A DNA stretch of 62,256 nt from Dehalococcoidia bacterium (GCA_034430415.1 DAOUEN010000118.1:1-62256); one strand, 5' to 3'. Counted from the stretch's first letter, positions 1 through 9,353 are shown. Translations and numbers: made by a program. Notes: generated by a model not told the origin, from the sequence alone.

Positions 1-102
1 TATGTGGAGAAGCTGATAGACGATCTGGCAAGCAGAAGAGTCGATCCCTACTCGGCAGCCTCTGAGATCCTCAAGAGAATAGTACGGGAAGGCAAGTTTT
101 AG
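1..102 (+). CDS. 3' end of an upstream gene (last 33 codons only); the tail resembles C-termini of MeaB/ArgK-type G3E GTPases
   Basis: Frame 1 is open from the window edge to TAG at 100-102 and translates YVEKLIDDLASRRVDPYSAASEILKRIVREGKF. The family guess rests only on the DPYxAA tail recalled from memory. Confidence 0.3.
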   Translation, partial: YVEKLIDDLASRRVDPYSAASEILKRIVREGKF

Positions 103-201
103 CTGCCTGTGCGTGAGCGTGTCGTCTGTGACCTCCACAACGCCTGTCGCTGATAGAGAGCAGGGCAATGGATGGCACGCGGTTGAAGGAGGTGAAAGGG
201 C

Positions 202-1503
202 GTGGTGAAGGACGCGGCTATCATTGCAACTATAAGGGAAGAGATGGCATTGGCATCGGGATGTACGGAACCCGTAGCCGTTGCCCTGGCATGCTCAAGG
301 GCGTACCAGGAAATAGGGGGAAAGCTGGAAAGGATAGAGGTGGTTACGGATCCTGGTATCTATAAGAATGGCCTCTCGTGTATCGTACCGGGTACGGAAG
401 AGGTAGGTCTCGCAGCTGCCGCGGCGTTGGGCGCCTTGGCGGGCAGGGCTGAGTTGGAATTGGAGGTGCTAAGGGATGTCACCAAGAGCAATGTTGCGGC
501 TGCCAGGCGTATGGTTGAGAGGGAAGCAGTGGATGTTCAGGTCAAGAATGGAGAGCCTGAGATATACATTGCGGCAAGGGTCAGCACAACTAAGGGATGG
601 GCCAGGACTCTGATAAGGAAGACGCACACCAACATCGTGCGGATCGAAGTCAACGGAGAATTGAGATATCAGGCAAAGCGAGAGAGAAGGGATGAGGCGG
701 GCGAGAGGCATTTCGATGTGAGGGAGCTCAGCGTGGCTGACATGGTCAGGTTCGTTGCTGAGGTCCCCTTTGAAGCCATAAGCTTCGTCCTGGAAGCTGT
801 GCGGATAAACAAGATACTTGTCCGGTCGGGCCTGGAAGGTAAGTTGGGGATGGGGGTGGGAAGGGGCATGTCTGGTCTTCTTGAGGATGGGGAGATAGCT
901 GATGACTTGGTGAGTTCTGCTCAACTTATGACTGCGTCCGCTGTGGATGCTCGCATGGGCGGAGCGAGGGAGTCTGCCATGAGTATCGCAGGCAGCGGAA
1001 GTCATGGGATTATCGCCACTATGCCTATTGTCGCCACAGCGGAGAAAAAGGGAATCGGAGAGGAGATGATGGCTCGGGCGATTGCCCTCAGCTATCTGGT
1101 CACGATCTACGTCAAGGCATATTCGGGCAGGTTATCGGCCCTATGCGGGTGCGCCGTAGCCGCAGGGACTGGAGCCAGTGCTGGTATTGTTTTCCTCCTG
1201 GGAGGAGACTTGGATCAGATTGGACACTCCATCATGAACATGGCGGCTGACATAACCGGCATTATCTGTGATGGTGGCAATCTGGGTTGTGCTATGAAGG
1301 CAGCCACTGGGGCGGGTGCGGCTGTGCTTTCCGCGCTCCTGGCGCTCAGAGGAATCCATGTTCCTGAGAACACCGGCATTGTGGCAGAGACGGTTGAGCG
1401 AACAATCGCGAACATCGGGAGAATTAGCTCTCCTGGCATGGTGGGAACGAATGAAGTCATTCTGAATGTGATGATGGAGGGAGAAAACATGGCGAAACGG
1501 TGA
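202..1503 (+). CDS. UPF0597 / L-cysteine desulfidase family protein (serine dehydratase alpha-chain-like)
   Basis: 433-aa ORF. The N-terminal SGCTEPVAVALA motif is typical of the YhaM/CyuA/MJ1025 family. AGGAGG at 187-192 lies 9 nt before the GTG start. Confidence 0.75.
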   Translation: MVKDAAIIATIREEMALASGCTEPVAVALACSRAYQEIGGKLERIEVVTDPGIYKNGLSCIVPGTEEVGLAAAAALGALAGRAELELEVLRDVTKSNVAAARRMVEREAVDVQVKNGEPEIYIAARVSTTKGWARTLIRKTHTNIVRIEVNGELRYQAKRERRDEAGERHFDVRELSVADMVRFVAEVPFEAISFVLEAVRINKILVRSGLEGKLGMGVGRGMSGLLEDGEIADDLVSSAQLMTASAVDARMGGARESAMSIAGSGSHGIIATMPIVATAEKKGIGEEMMARAIALSYLVTIYVKAYSGRLSALCGCAVAAGTGASAGIVFLLGGDLDQIGHSIMNMAADITGIICDGGNLGCAMKAATGAGAAVLSALLALRGIHVPENTGIVAETVERTIANIGRISSPGMVGTNEVILNVMMEGENMAKR

Positions 1504-1574
1504 ACAGGGTGCCCAATTTCCGGGAGTACGGTGCTATAATTGAAGGAGAATGAGCAGGAAGGAAGGCAGTAGAT

Positions 1575-2756
1575 ATGGATAAGGCGAAAGTGCTGGGGAA
1601 ACCGGTGGCGATTCTTGGTGGAGGTGCATGTGCACAGACTCTGGCGAGTGAGTTTGCCCTGACGGGACATAAAGTGAGGCTATATGAGTTGCCAGACTTC
1701 GCTCAACAAAGCCTGGGGCAGGTGCTGCAGACTCACGAGATAGAGCTTGAAGGGGCGCAGATGAACTTCAAGTGGTTCAAGCGGGTCGGTGTTGCTAGGG
1801 TAGACGTTGTTACCACGGAGATATCTGAGGCACTGAGTGGGGCAGGTTTGGTGGTGGTGGCGATTCCGGCAAAAGGCCATAAACCATTCTTCGAGAAAAT
1901 GATTCCCTATCTTGAGGGCGGGCAGGTGATAAGCATATTCCCGGGGAATTTCGGCTGCTTGATGCTGAGAGAAATGATGAGGCAAGAGGGCTGTGATGCG
2001 GATGTGATAGTTGGAGGGTGGAGTTCCATGCCGTACGGCGTCAGAGTGGTGGAGCCCGGCAAGGTCAATTGCATAGCTAGGACTCGGGAACTTCTTGGCG
2101 ATGCCCTGCCGAGCAAGGATGGAGAGGAATTCTTCGACATATTGAAGGGCATCCCGGCATTCGATGGTACGGTCGAGGTCAAGAGGGGGGATACGGTTGT
2201 CGGAGTTGATCTATCCAATCCTAACCCCGTTGTTCATGTTCCTGGCTCAGTGCTCAACGTAGGTGCCATGGAGGTGTCGGAAACAGAGGGGATACTGGGT
2301 ATTCCCAAGGGCAAGTACTCAATGTACAAGCATGGAATGAGCCCCGCCGTCTCCAGGACCCAACTGGCCTTCTACCGTGAGGAGAAGAAGATTGCGGATG
2401 CCATGGGAATACAAATGATCGACTATCGCGAGGACCAGTTCTTCTGGAAGGCCAGCGTCATGGGCGTGGAGTTCTGGTCTCCGTTTGCGGATGTCCTTAT
2501 CCCACCCATACCTGGCCCCACCTCAGTGGAACACAGGTACTTCAGCGAGGACATACCGGTGGGCACCGTCACTCGCTACAACCTGGCCAGGAAATTTGGT
2601 GTCGATGCTCCCGTGATATCGTCGATGGTGTGGCTAGGTTCAGCGATATGCGGGCACGATTTCCTGAAGGAAGGAGTGTCTCTGAAGGAACTGGGCATTG
2701 AGCAGTTGAGCAAAGAGCAGATAGTCAAGTACCTGAGGGAAGGCGTGAGACCATAG
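1575..2756 (+). CDS. NAD(P)-dependent opine (octopine/nopaline-type) dehydrogenase family protein
   Basis: 393-aa ORF with an N-terminal Rossmann fold (VAILGGGACAQTLASEF). Length and overall pattern fit the opine dehydrogenase family. Confidence 0.65.
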   Translation: MDKAKVLGKPVAILGGGACAQTLASEFALTGHKVRLYELPDFAQQSLGQVLQTHEIELEGAQMNFKWFKRVGVARVDVVTTEISEALSGAGLVVVAIPAKGHKPFFEKMIPYLEGGQVISIFPGNFGCLMLREMMRQEGCDADVIVGGWSSMPYGVRVVEPGKVNCIARTRELLGDALPSKDGEEFFDILKGIPAFDGTVEVKRGDTVVGVDLSNPNPVVHVPGSVLNVGAMEVSETEGILGIPKGKYSMYKHGMSPAVSRTQLAFYREEKKIADAMGIQMIDYREDQFFWKASVMGVEFWSPFADVLIPPIPGPTSVEHRYFSEDIPVGTVTRYNLARKFGVDAPVISSMVWLGSAICGHDFLKEGVSLKELGIEQLSKEQIVKYLREGVRP

Positions 2757-2805
2757 TAAGTGCCGGGGATGAGCTCAAGTAGAACCTGACGAGGGAGGTA
2801 ACCAC

Positions 2806-3660
2806 GTGGCCGAAGCGGAGAGGAAGAAAATCGACATTCCGTATCTGTATGCCAAGAAGGCGCAGGGCGAAAAGGTCTCCTGGCTCACCGCTTATGACTA
2901 TCCCATGGCGTACTATGAGGACAAGGCGGGGATCGAGATGATCATGGCCGGAGATTCCGGGATGATGGCCTTGCTCGGGCACAAGAACACCCTGTCGGCG
3001 ACGATGGACCAGATGATCTGGATGACTCAGGCGGTGACAAGGGGGGCCAAGTACGCCTTCATAATCGGCGATATGCCGTATATGTCCTATCAGGCCAGCA
3101 GGGAGGAGGCCATCCACAACGCAGGTAGGTTCATGGCGGAGGGCGGCACTGATTGCGTCAAGTTGGAGGGGGGTGCCATAATGGCGGACACCGTGTCAGC
3201 CATAGTGAAGGCAGGGGTGCCTGTAATGGGGCATATCGGGATGACGCCGCAATCGGCCGCTGCCATAGGAGGATACAAGAGCCAGGGCAGGGATGCAGAG
3301 GCGGCCCGCAAGATTATCCAGGATGCAAAGATCCTGGAAGAAGCGGGAGCCTTTTCCGTTCTGGTGGAAGCCATACCGGCCAAGGTGGCGGGTCTTCTTG
3401 TTAAGGCTGTGAAGGTCCCGGTTTATGGTATTGGAGCGGGGCCCGAGTGCGATGGCCAGGTGTTGATCGTCCACGATATGCTCGGTCTGTTTGAGCTATT
3501 CAAGCCGAAATTCGTCAGGAGATATGCCCAACTGGGCCAGGATATGGTTGAGGCCTTCGGGAAGTACAGGAGTGACGTTAAGGGGGGTCTATTCCCTGGG
3601 CCTGATGAGTGCTATAATATTTCGGAAGAGGAATTCCAGAAGCTGCTGAGTGAGCAATGA
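2806..3660 (+). CDS. panB: 3-methyl-2-oxobutanoate hydroxymethyltransferase (PanB) homologue
   Basis: 284 aa with motifs AGDSGMMALLGH, VKLEGG and GHIGMTPQS. GAGGGAGG lies 7 nt before the GTG start. Confidence 0.8.
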   Translation: MAEAERKKIDIPYLYAKKAQGEKVSWLTAYDYPMAYYEDKAGIEMIMAGDSGMMALLGHKNTLSATMDQMIWMTQAVTRGAKYAFIIGDMPYMSYQASREEAIHNAGRFMAEGGTDCVKLEGGAIMADTVSAIVKAGVPVMGHIGMTPQSAAAIGGYKSQGRDAEAARKIIQDAKILEEAGAFSVLVEAIPAKVAGLLVKAVKVPVYGIGAGPECDGQVLIVHDMLGLFELFKPKFVRRYAQLGQDMVEAFGKYRSDVKGGLFPGPDECYNISEEEFQKLLSEQ

Positions 3661-3812
3661 GATTCCTTTGCATATGCGTCAAATCCGGTACCTGGGGCAG
3701 GTTTGCCCAGTTTGGTGGTGGCCACAGGGTGTAAACCTGGAGAAGGAGGTGGTACATGTGAGGACAGTGAAGCGGGAGAAGTGATTCTGAGTTATTAACA
3801 GAGGAGGTGAAT

Positions 3813-4841
3813 ATGATTCGGAAATGGGGAGCTTTGTTGAGCGTTGTTCTGCTGGCAGCAGTGCTCGTCTCGCTGGTGCCCGGCTGCGCTCCTGCGGCTG
3901 GGGAGACGCAGGAATGGCGTTTGGGGCAGGTGATGCCAGAGGATAGCCCGTACGCCAAGATTTGTGCAGATTTCGCCGATGAGGTGAGGGAGAAGACGGA
4001 CGGCCGTATCGACATCACTGTGTATAACGGCGGAGTGCTTGGCGATTGGGTGTTGATGAACGAGCTGGTAATGAGGGGCGACGTCGAGATGTTGTTGAAC
4101 CCCATAGCTCCTACCTACGACCCCAGGTTGAATATAGCCTACTACACACCCTACCTGTTCACCACCATTGATGAAGCTAAGGCAGCATATGCGACTGGCG
4201 GCTGGATCAACGAGATGGTGGGAGACCTGCTGGAGGGAGTGAACATCAAGGGCCTGGCGGCGTTCCCCGCGGGCCTGGCCGGATGCACGCTGAGAGACGT
4301 GCCGCCGAGTCCAGCAGACCCCGATGTGCCCAAGAACCAGAAGATCCGGGTGATGCCACTGAAGGCCTGCGAGTTGACCTTTGAACGGCTGGGCTATATT
4401 CCTCTGGCCATCCCCTATGCCGAGGCCTACATCGCCATCGACACCGGGATCGCGGATGGGGAGATGGGTGGTCCTCCGTTCCAGGGCACCGAGTTCATGG
4501 ACATCCAGGGTTGCTGGATCCAGTACAACGACTACGTGGAGACCTGGTGGTTCGCGCTGAACCTGGACAAGTATAATGCCCTGAGTGAGGCGGACCAGAA
4601 GGTCGTGGTCGCGGCTGCTCAGAAGCAAGCGGACGACTACTGGCTCAAGGTAGAGGCAGACGATGAGAAGTACCGCCAGGAAATGGCGGACGCCGGGCTG
4701 GAGATAATAGTGTTTACCAAGGCGGAACTGGACAACATCGCGAAGGCTATCCGCACCGATGTCTGGCCCGAGCTCGAGCCGCTGGTCGGCAAGGCCGTGA
4801 TGGACACATGTAGAGAGCATGTGGGTATGCCGGTAGATTAG
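3813..4841 (+). CDS. TRAP transporter substrate-binding protein (DctP family), lipoprotein
   Basis: Signal peptide with lipobox (LVSLVPGC). DctP-like length and position before the DctQ and DctM genes. The ATG at 3813 is 5 nt after GAGGAGG; the ORF track begins at GTG 3807. Confidence 0.8.
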   Translation: MIRKWGALLSVVLLAAVLVSLVPGCAPAAGETQEWRLGQVMPEDSPYAKICADFADEVREKTDGRIDITVYNGGVLGDWVLMNELVMRGDVEMLLNPIAPTYDPRLNIAYYTPYLFTTIDEAKAAYATGGWINEMVGDLLEGVNIKGLAAFPAGLAGCTLRDVPPSPADPDVPKNQKIRVMPLKACELTFERLGYIPLAIPYAEAYIAIDTGIADGEMGGPPFQGTEFMDIQGCWIQYNDYVETWWFALNLDKYNALSEADQKVVVAAAQKQADDYWLKVEADDEKYRQEMADAGLEIIVFTKAELDNIAKAIRTDVWPELEPLVGKAVMDTCREHVGMPVD

Positions 4842-4935
4842 ACCTGCGAAGAGGGTGACCTGATTCAGGCGTGAGATTCTAGGGGGGGGTAGTTGAACCC
4901 CCCTCCTTCAAGTCACTGCCTTGTTGGTCCCGAAG

Positions 4936-5487
4936 ATGAGATATCTGGATCCTTATGCGACCAGAAGGATCGGGTTCTTCACGTGGAAGGGCTTGCTCCA
5001 GGTGCAGCGGGCGATCTTGATTGTCAGCTCTGGCTTTCTTGTCCTGCTCGTCTTTGCCGCGGTGGTTATGCGCTACGTCATTCATTACCCGGGTATGGAG
5101 GTGGAGGAGATAGCCACGTTGGTCGCCTTCTGGCTCTATTTCACTGGAGCGGTGTACGGCTCTTATGAGCGCAGCCACATCAGGGCCGACCTGGCGGATG
5201 TAATCTTCAAGAATCCGAAGGCGAACGCCAGGGTCAAGATCATCGCCAGCGCGATTACGTGTATTCTGGCTCTGATTATGACCTACTGGGGGTATGTGTT
5301 CTTCGTCTGGGGCATTCAGATGCACGCCGAGTCGCCGATACTGCAATTGCCCATGGTCTATGCCCAGACCAGCATCTTTTTCGGTGCCCTGTTCATGTCC
5401 TTCTACTTCCTCATCGAGCTGGTGGATAAGATGCGCCAGAGCCTGGGATTGGCTCCGTTGCCCTGGGCGGGCGTGGAGAAGGAGTAA
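4936..5487 (+). CDS. TRAP transporter small permease (DctQ family)
   Basis: Hydrophobic protein of about 180 aa with 4 predicted helices, lying between the DctP and DctM genes. The start is uncertain (TTG 4921 or ATG 4936). Confidence 0.75.
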   Translation: MRYLDPYATRRIGFFTWKGLLQVQRAILIVSSGFLVLLVFAAVVMRYVIHYPGMEVEEIATLVAFWLYFTGAVYGSYERSHIRADLADVIFKNPKANARVKIIASAITCILALIMTYWGYVFFVWGIQMHAESPILQLPMVYAQTSIFFGALFMSFYFLIELVDKMRQSLGLAPLPWAGVEKE

Positions 5488-5493
5488 CCGCAG

Positions 5494-6795
5494 TTGGACG
5501 TATTTGCCGATCTGGTAATCCTGATAGGGCTTCTCGTCATTGGAGTGCCGGTTCCTTTCTGCTTCATGTCCGCCGTCCTGTTCATGATCGTTGTGCATGG
5601 TTACAGCTTCGAGTTTCTGTTGCCCATTTCGTTCTACGGGCTGAATTCGCTGCCTCTTCTGGCTGTGCCCTTCTTTATCTTGGCCGGCGGACTCATGGGG
5701 TCGTCGGGCATTGCCGAGCGGCTGGTCAACATTGCCTCCGCTTTGGTGGGCAGGTTCAAGGGAGGATTGGGTGGAGCCACCGTGGTGGCCTGCGCCATTT
5801 TTGGAGCCGTAGCCGGGACTTGCTCGGCGGCGGTGGCCGCCATCGGCGGTATCATGATTCCTCGTATGGAGCAGGAAGGCTATCCCAGGGGGCATAGCTC
5901 ATCGCTGGTGGCCTGCGCTTCAGTACTGGGTCAACTCATCCCGCCCAGCGTGCCTATGATCCTTTTTGGCTGGGTGACGCGAACGTCGATAGCGGGTTGC
6001 TTCTTGGCCACGGTTGGGCCGGGGATTCTGCTGGTTCTAATCTACGTGTTTCTGAACTACATGATGTGTCGCAAGATACCGACCATCAAGGTACCGCCCC
6101 CAATAAGCCTGGGCCAGCAGGTCAAGCAGGTGGCGCATGTCAGCTACCGCGGCTTGTTGGCTCTTGTGGCGCCGGTCATTATCCTGGGGGGCATCTACGG
6201 GGGCTATACCACACCCACTGAGTCGGCGACGGTGGCGGTCCTGTACACTATTCCGGTGGGCTTCCTCATATACCGTCGCCTGACCGTAAGGGACCTGGGG
6301 CGGACACTGTTCTCCACAGCTACCACCACTGGAGTAGTTATACTCATGCTCTTCTTCGTGATGATGCTGGGCCGCATCTATACCATGGAGAATGTGCCGC
6401 AGCGCCTTATCAGTGCGATGACGGGCATCTCCGAGAACAAGTATGCAGTGCTGCTCATGGTGAATGTGTTCTTGATCATTATCGGCATGCTCATGGACGA
6501 TTTCAGTGGCACTCTCTTAGCGGCGCCGCTTCTGTTCCCTCTCATGCAGCATATCGGGGTTCATCCGTTCCACTTCGCCGCCATTATGGGCACCAACCTG
6601 GGACTGGGGAATGTGACACCGCCCTGTGCTCCCATTCTCTATCTGGCAGGGCGGATAGGCAATGCCCGTTTCGACGAAATGATCAAGCCAGGTCTGATCT
6701 TCATGTTTGTTGGCTGTCTGCCGATGGTGCTCGTAACCACATACTGGCCTGACCTGTCCTTGTTCCTGCCACGGCTGGTCATGGGGATTGACTAG
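5494..6795 (+). CDS. TRAP transporter large permease (DctM family)
   Basis: 433-aa polytopic membrane protein with typical DctM length and context. GGAGAAGGAG lies upstream of the TTG start. Confidence 0.85.
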   Translation: MDVFADLVILIGLLVIGVPVPFCFMSAVLFMIVVHGYSFEFLLPISFYGLNSLPLLAVPFFILAGGLMGSSGIAERLVNIASALVGRFKGGLGGATVVACAIFGAVAGTCSAAVAAIGGIMIPRMEQEGYPRGHSSSLVACASVLGQLIPPSVPMILFGWVTRTSIAGCFLATVGPGILLVLIYVFLNYMMCRKIPTIKVPPPISLGQQVKQVAHVSYRGLLALVAPVIILGGIYGGYTTPTESATVAVLYTIPVGFLIYRRLTVRDLGRTLFSTATTTGVVILMLFFVMMLGRIYTMENVPQRLISAMTGISENKYAVLLMVNVFLIIIGMLMDDFSGTLLAAPLLFPLMQHIGVHPFHFAAIMGTNLGLGNVTPPCAPILYLAGRIGNARFDEMIKPGLIFMFVGCLPMVLVTTYWPDLSLFLPRLVMGID

Positions 6796-6988
6796 CGGGC
6801 AGGGACCCCTCGAAGCGAGTCGTTGGGCCTTTTCTTTGGCGTAACCGTGCCGCTGTTCTCATGTCAGACTGCCGCGGGTGCGTCTGGGCTCTGGTCAGCA
6901 GGCCCGACCCCAACAGCACTAGGCCGGAAATGACGTGAGGGGAATCAACATACCTATGGCTGTGAAAGACACATGAGGAGAGATCGGA

Positions 6989-8599
6989 ATGACTGAAGAA
7001 CTTGATATCTTGATTAAAGGCGCAAACGTTCTGGATGGAACGGGAAACCCCTGGCTCAGAGCGGATATCGGGATAGGTGACGGTAGGATAAAGAAGGTAG
7101 GGGTGGTTGCCGCACGTGCGAAGAAGACGATCGAGGCCAGCGGCTTTGCCGTGGCGCCGGGATTTGTCGATCTTCACACTCATAACGACCTGACCATCCT
7201 GGCGTACCCCAACGCTGAAAGCTATGTAATACAGGGCGTAACCACCGCCTGCGTTGGGAACTGCGGCTTGTCTATTGCCCCGGCGAACCCTGCCAACCTG
7301 GACCTGCTCAAGAGATACCTCTCACCTTTCCTGGTGTCTGGTTTCGATTACGGATGGAAATGGAAGGCGTTGAGCGAGTACTACGAGAAGGTGGAAGAGC
7401 AAGGGATCTCTCAGAACCTTGCCCCGCTCGTCGGGCAGGGCACCATACGCCTGGCGGTCAAGGGACTCGATGCGGGCGAAGTCTCGAAGGGCGAGATGAC
7501 GGTGATGAAGCGACTCCTCGAACAGAGTCTGGATGACGGAGCCTTCGGAATGTCCACCGGACTCATATATCCCCCGGGAAGCTATTCGACCACGGAGGAG
7601 GTGGTTGAGCTGGCAAGCGTGTTGGCAAAGTATGGGGCGCTGTATGCCACTCACATGAGAAACGAGGGGGACAAGCTACTGGAATCGCTGGAAGAGGCCA
7701 TAAGGGTAGGTGAGGAGAACGGTGTAGGAGTAGAGATCTCTCACCACAAGGCGGCAGGCAAGGCGAACTGGGGAAAAGTCAATGCGACCCTGAAGATGAT
7801 GGAGGAAGCGAGGAAGAGGGGTGTGGAAATCAACTGCGACGTCTACCCCTACACCGCCGGAAGCACAACGATAACTGCGCTGTTACCTGCGTGGGTGCAG
7901 GAGGGTGGCGTGGAGAGAATGCTGGAGCGACTGCAGAACAGTGAGGCGAGGGCGTCAATGAAGCGGGGGTTCGTTGAAGATACAATGGAAGGAGAGAACC
8001 TGATCAAGGCTGCCGGGTGGGATGGAATCCTCATCGGGGAATGCCCGTCGAGCAAGAAGTACGAAGGGAAATCCCTAGAGCAGCTCCTGAGGGACAAGAA
8101 TGCATTTGGTGACCCGTACGAAGGATTCTTTGACTGGCTTCTCGAGGTAGGAGGACATTCCACTATGATCCTGTTCCATATGGACGAGAGTGATGTGAAG
8201 ACAGTCATGTCCAGTCCGCTATCATCAATAGTCTCAGACGCATGGGTGACTGCCCCTGGTGCGGGTGGCAAGCCTCACCCCAGGGTATACGGCACATTCC
8301 CCAGACTTCTGGGCAAGTACGTTAGGGAGGAGAAGACCCTATCACTGGAAGATGCGGTAAGGAAAGTGACGTCAATGCCTGCTGGCAAGCTGGGTTTGGA
8401 AGACCGGGGTCTCGTAAAAGAAGGGTTCTGGGCTGATATCGTGGTGTTTGACCCCGACAAGGTTATAGATAAGGCCACGTATGATGACCCTCACCAGTAC
8501 CCCGAGGGAATAAGCTGCGTGATCGTAAATGGAGAGGTGGTTGTAGAAAGGGGAACGCTGACTGGCGCCAGACCCGGCAAGGTGCTGAAAAGAGGCTAG
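6989..8599 (+). CDS. N-acyl-D-amino-acid deacylase (D-aminoacylase), amidohydrolase superfamily
   Basis: 536 aa. The N-terminus DILIKGANVLDGTG...APGFVDLHTHND carries the HxH metal motif. The C-terminal beta-sandwich pattern is typical of D-aminoacylases. Confidence 0.8.
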   Translation: MTEELDILIKGANVLDGTGNPWLRADIGIGDGRIKKVGVVAARAKKTIEASGFAVAPGFVDLHTHNDLTILAYPNAESYVIQGVTTACVGNCGLSIAPANPANLDLLKRYLSPFLVSGFDYGWKWKALSEYYEKVEEQGISQNLAPLVGQGTIRLAVKGLDAGEVSKGEMTVMKRLLEQSLDDGAFGMSTGLIYPPGSYSTTEEVVELASVLAKYGALYATHMRNEGDKLLESLEEAIRVGEENGVGVEISHHKAAGKANWGKVNATLKMMEEARKRGVEINCDVYPYTAGSTTITALLPAWVQEGGVERMLERLQNSEARASMKRGFVEDTMEGENLIKAAGWDGILIGECPSSKKYEGKSLEQLLRDKNAFGDPYEGFFDWLLEVGGHSTMILFHMDESDVKTVMSSPLSSIVSDAWVTAPGAGGKPHPRVYGTFPRLLGKYVREEKTLSLEDAVRKVTSMPAGKLGLEDRGLVKEGFWADIVVFDPDKVIDKATYDDPHQYPEGISCVIVNGEVVVERGTLTGARPGKVLKRG

Positions 8600-8946
8600 A
8601 GGTCGTTCTTGAAGGAGAAACCTTGCCAAGTAAGTAGCTTAGCCAGGCCATAATACCCCCAAAAGCATAAACTTCTACTATTGCTATGAGGGCCTATACT
8701 CCAGCAAGACTAGAATCCTCCAAACTCATTGTTGTTTACTCCCTTTTTCTGCCAACCATGTTGCTGCGTCAATAGATTTGGAAGGGAACCGACTTCGTCG
8801 GGAGGGCCCACTCCTCGCTGGAGTGGGCCCTCCGGCTATGCGGGCCGGGCTTCTAGATACCATGTGCTCTCATATTCCTGAAGTCTCTTGGGCAAGGGGG
8901 TTGATGTAGCCCCGGTTGCATGAACGTGTGTTGGAGGTTGACGGAA

Positions 8947-8975
8947 TTGATATGGCCGAGCAATTATTGTAAAGT
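8947..8975 (+). promoter_or_regulatory. putative sigma70-type promoter for the glycine-riboswitch/gcv operon
   Basis: TTGATA (8947-8952), 17 nt spacer, TAAAGT (8970-8975), placed just upstream of the first riboswitch aptamer. Confidence 0.5.
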
Positions 8976-8983
8976 GGGACCTG

Positions 8984-9178
8984 TAGCGGCAGGAGATACC
9001 CCTAACATGGGGAGCCGAAGGGGAAAGGGACTGAAGTTGGCTGCCAGGTCCTGAAACTCTCAGGCAAAAGGACTGCTGTTGCCCGAGGAACTCTCTGGAG
9101 AGACCTCAAAAGGAGAGGTCACCGAAGGGGCAAGTCCGCCGAAGGTGGCGGGCCATCTCTCAGGTGCAAGGACAGAGG
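8984..9178 (+). promoter_or_regulatory. tandem glycine riboswitch (two aptamers)
   Basis: Aptamer 1, about 8986-9078: GGCAGGAGAT...GAGCCGAAGGGGAAA...AAACTCTCAGGCAAAAGGACTG. Aptamer 2, about 9091-9177: CTCTCTGGAGAG...TCACCGAAGGGGCAAG...CTCTCAGGTGCAAGGACAGAG. Both match the conserved glycine-aptamer core and lie upstream of the gcv genes. Confidence 0.9.
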
Positions 9179-9209
9179 GGCAATCCGCGTTAGCGGGTTG
9201 CCCCTTTTT
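9174..9209 (+). terminator. riboswitch expression-platform intrinsic terminator
   Basis: GGGGCAATCCGC / GCGGGTTGCCCC form a 12-bp stem with one G-U pair and a GTTA loop, followed by TTTTTG. The 5' arm overlaps the 3' side of aptamer-2 P1. Confidence 0.8.
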
Positions 9210-9353
9210 GATTGGGTGCTGGGCCCTGGCTTGAGGATGGCCAGAGTCTCTGGAGGGAGATCAAATGGAAGCCTGAATGTGGGGTCCGGTGGAGTTGATA
9301 GTGCTGTTGCAGCCAGGGAGTACTCAGAATGTGGGAAAGAGCCGAGGTGTGAA

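Noticed and set aside
168-365. 65-aa ORF overlapping the start of the UPF0597 gene in another frame.
   Set aside because: It is a Gly/Arg-rich out-of-frame translation of a well-supported CDS and has no independent signals.
3795-4820. 341-aa ORF antisense to the TRAP substrate-binding gene. The same applies to 4879-5895 antisense to dctQ/dctM, 18653-19285 and 19671-20273 antisense to purL, and 15425-15925 antisense to the flavoprotein gene.
   Set aside because: These are shadow ORFs opposite genes with clear family signatures. Their translations are low-complexity and rich in R, P, H and G, and they have no SD or recognisable motifs.
8700-8735. 11-codon minus-strand mini-ORF (MSLEDSSLAGV) with an AAGGGAG SD in the AT-rich spacer.
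   Set aside because: It is too short to evaluate and has no supporting context. It is mentioned only because the spacer is otherwise unexplained.
9198-9353. 52-codon N-terminal extension of gcvPA suggested by the ORF track.
   Set aside because: The extension would begin inside the riboswitch terminator hairpin and has no SD. ATG 9354 has a GAGGTG SD, and the product then starts like other GcvPA proteins (MRYVPNT...).
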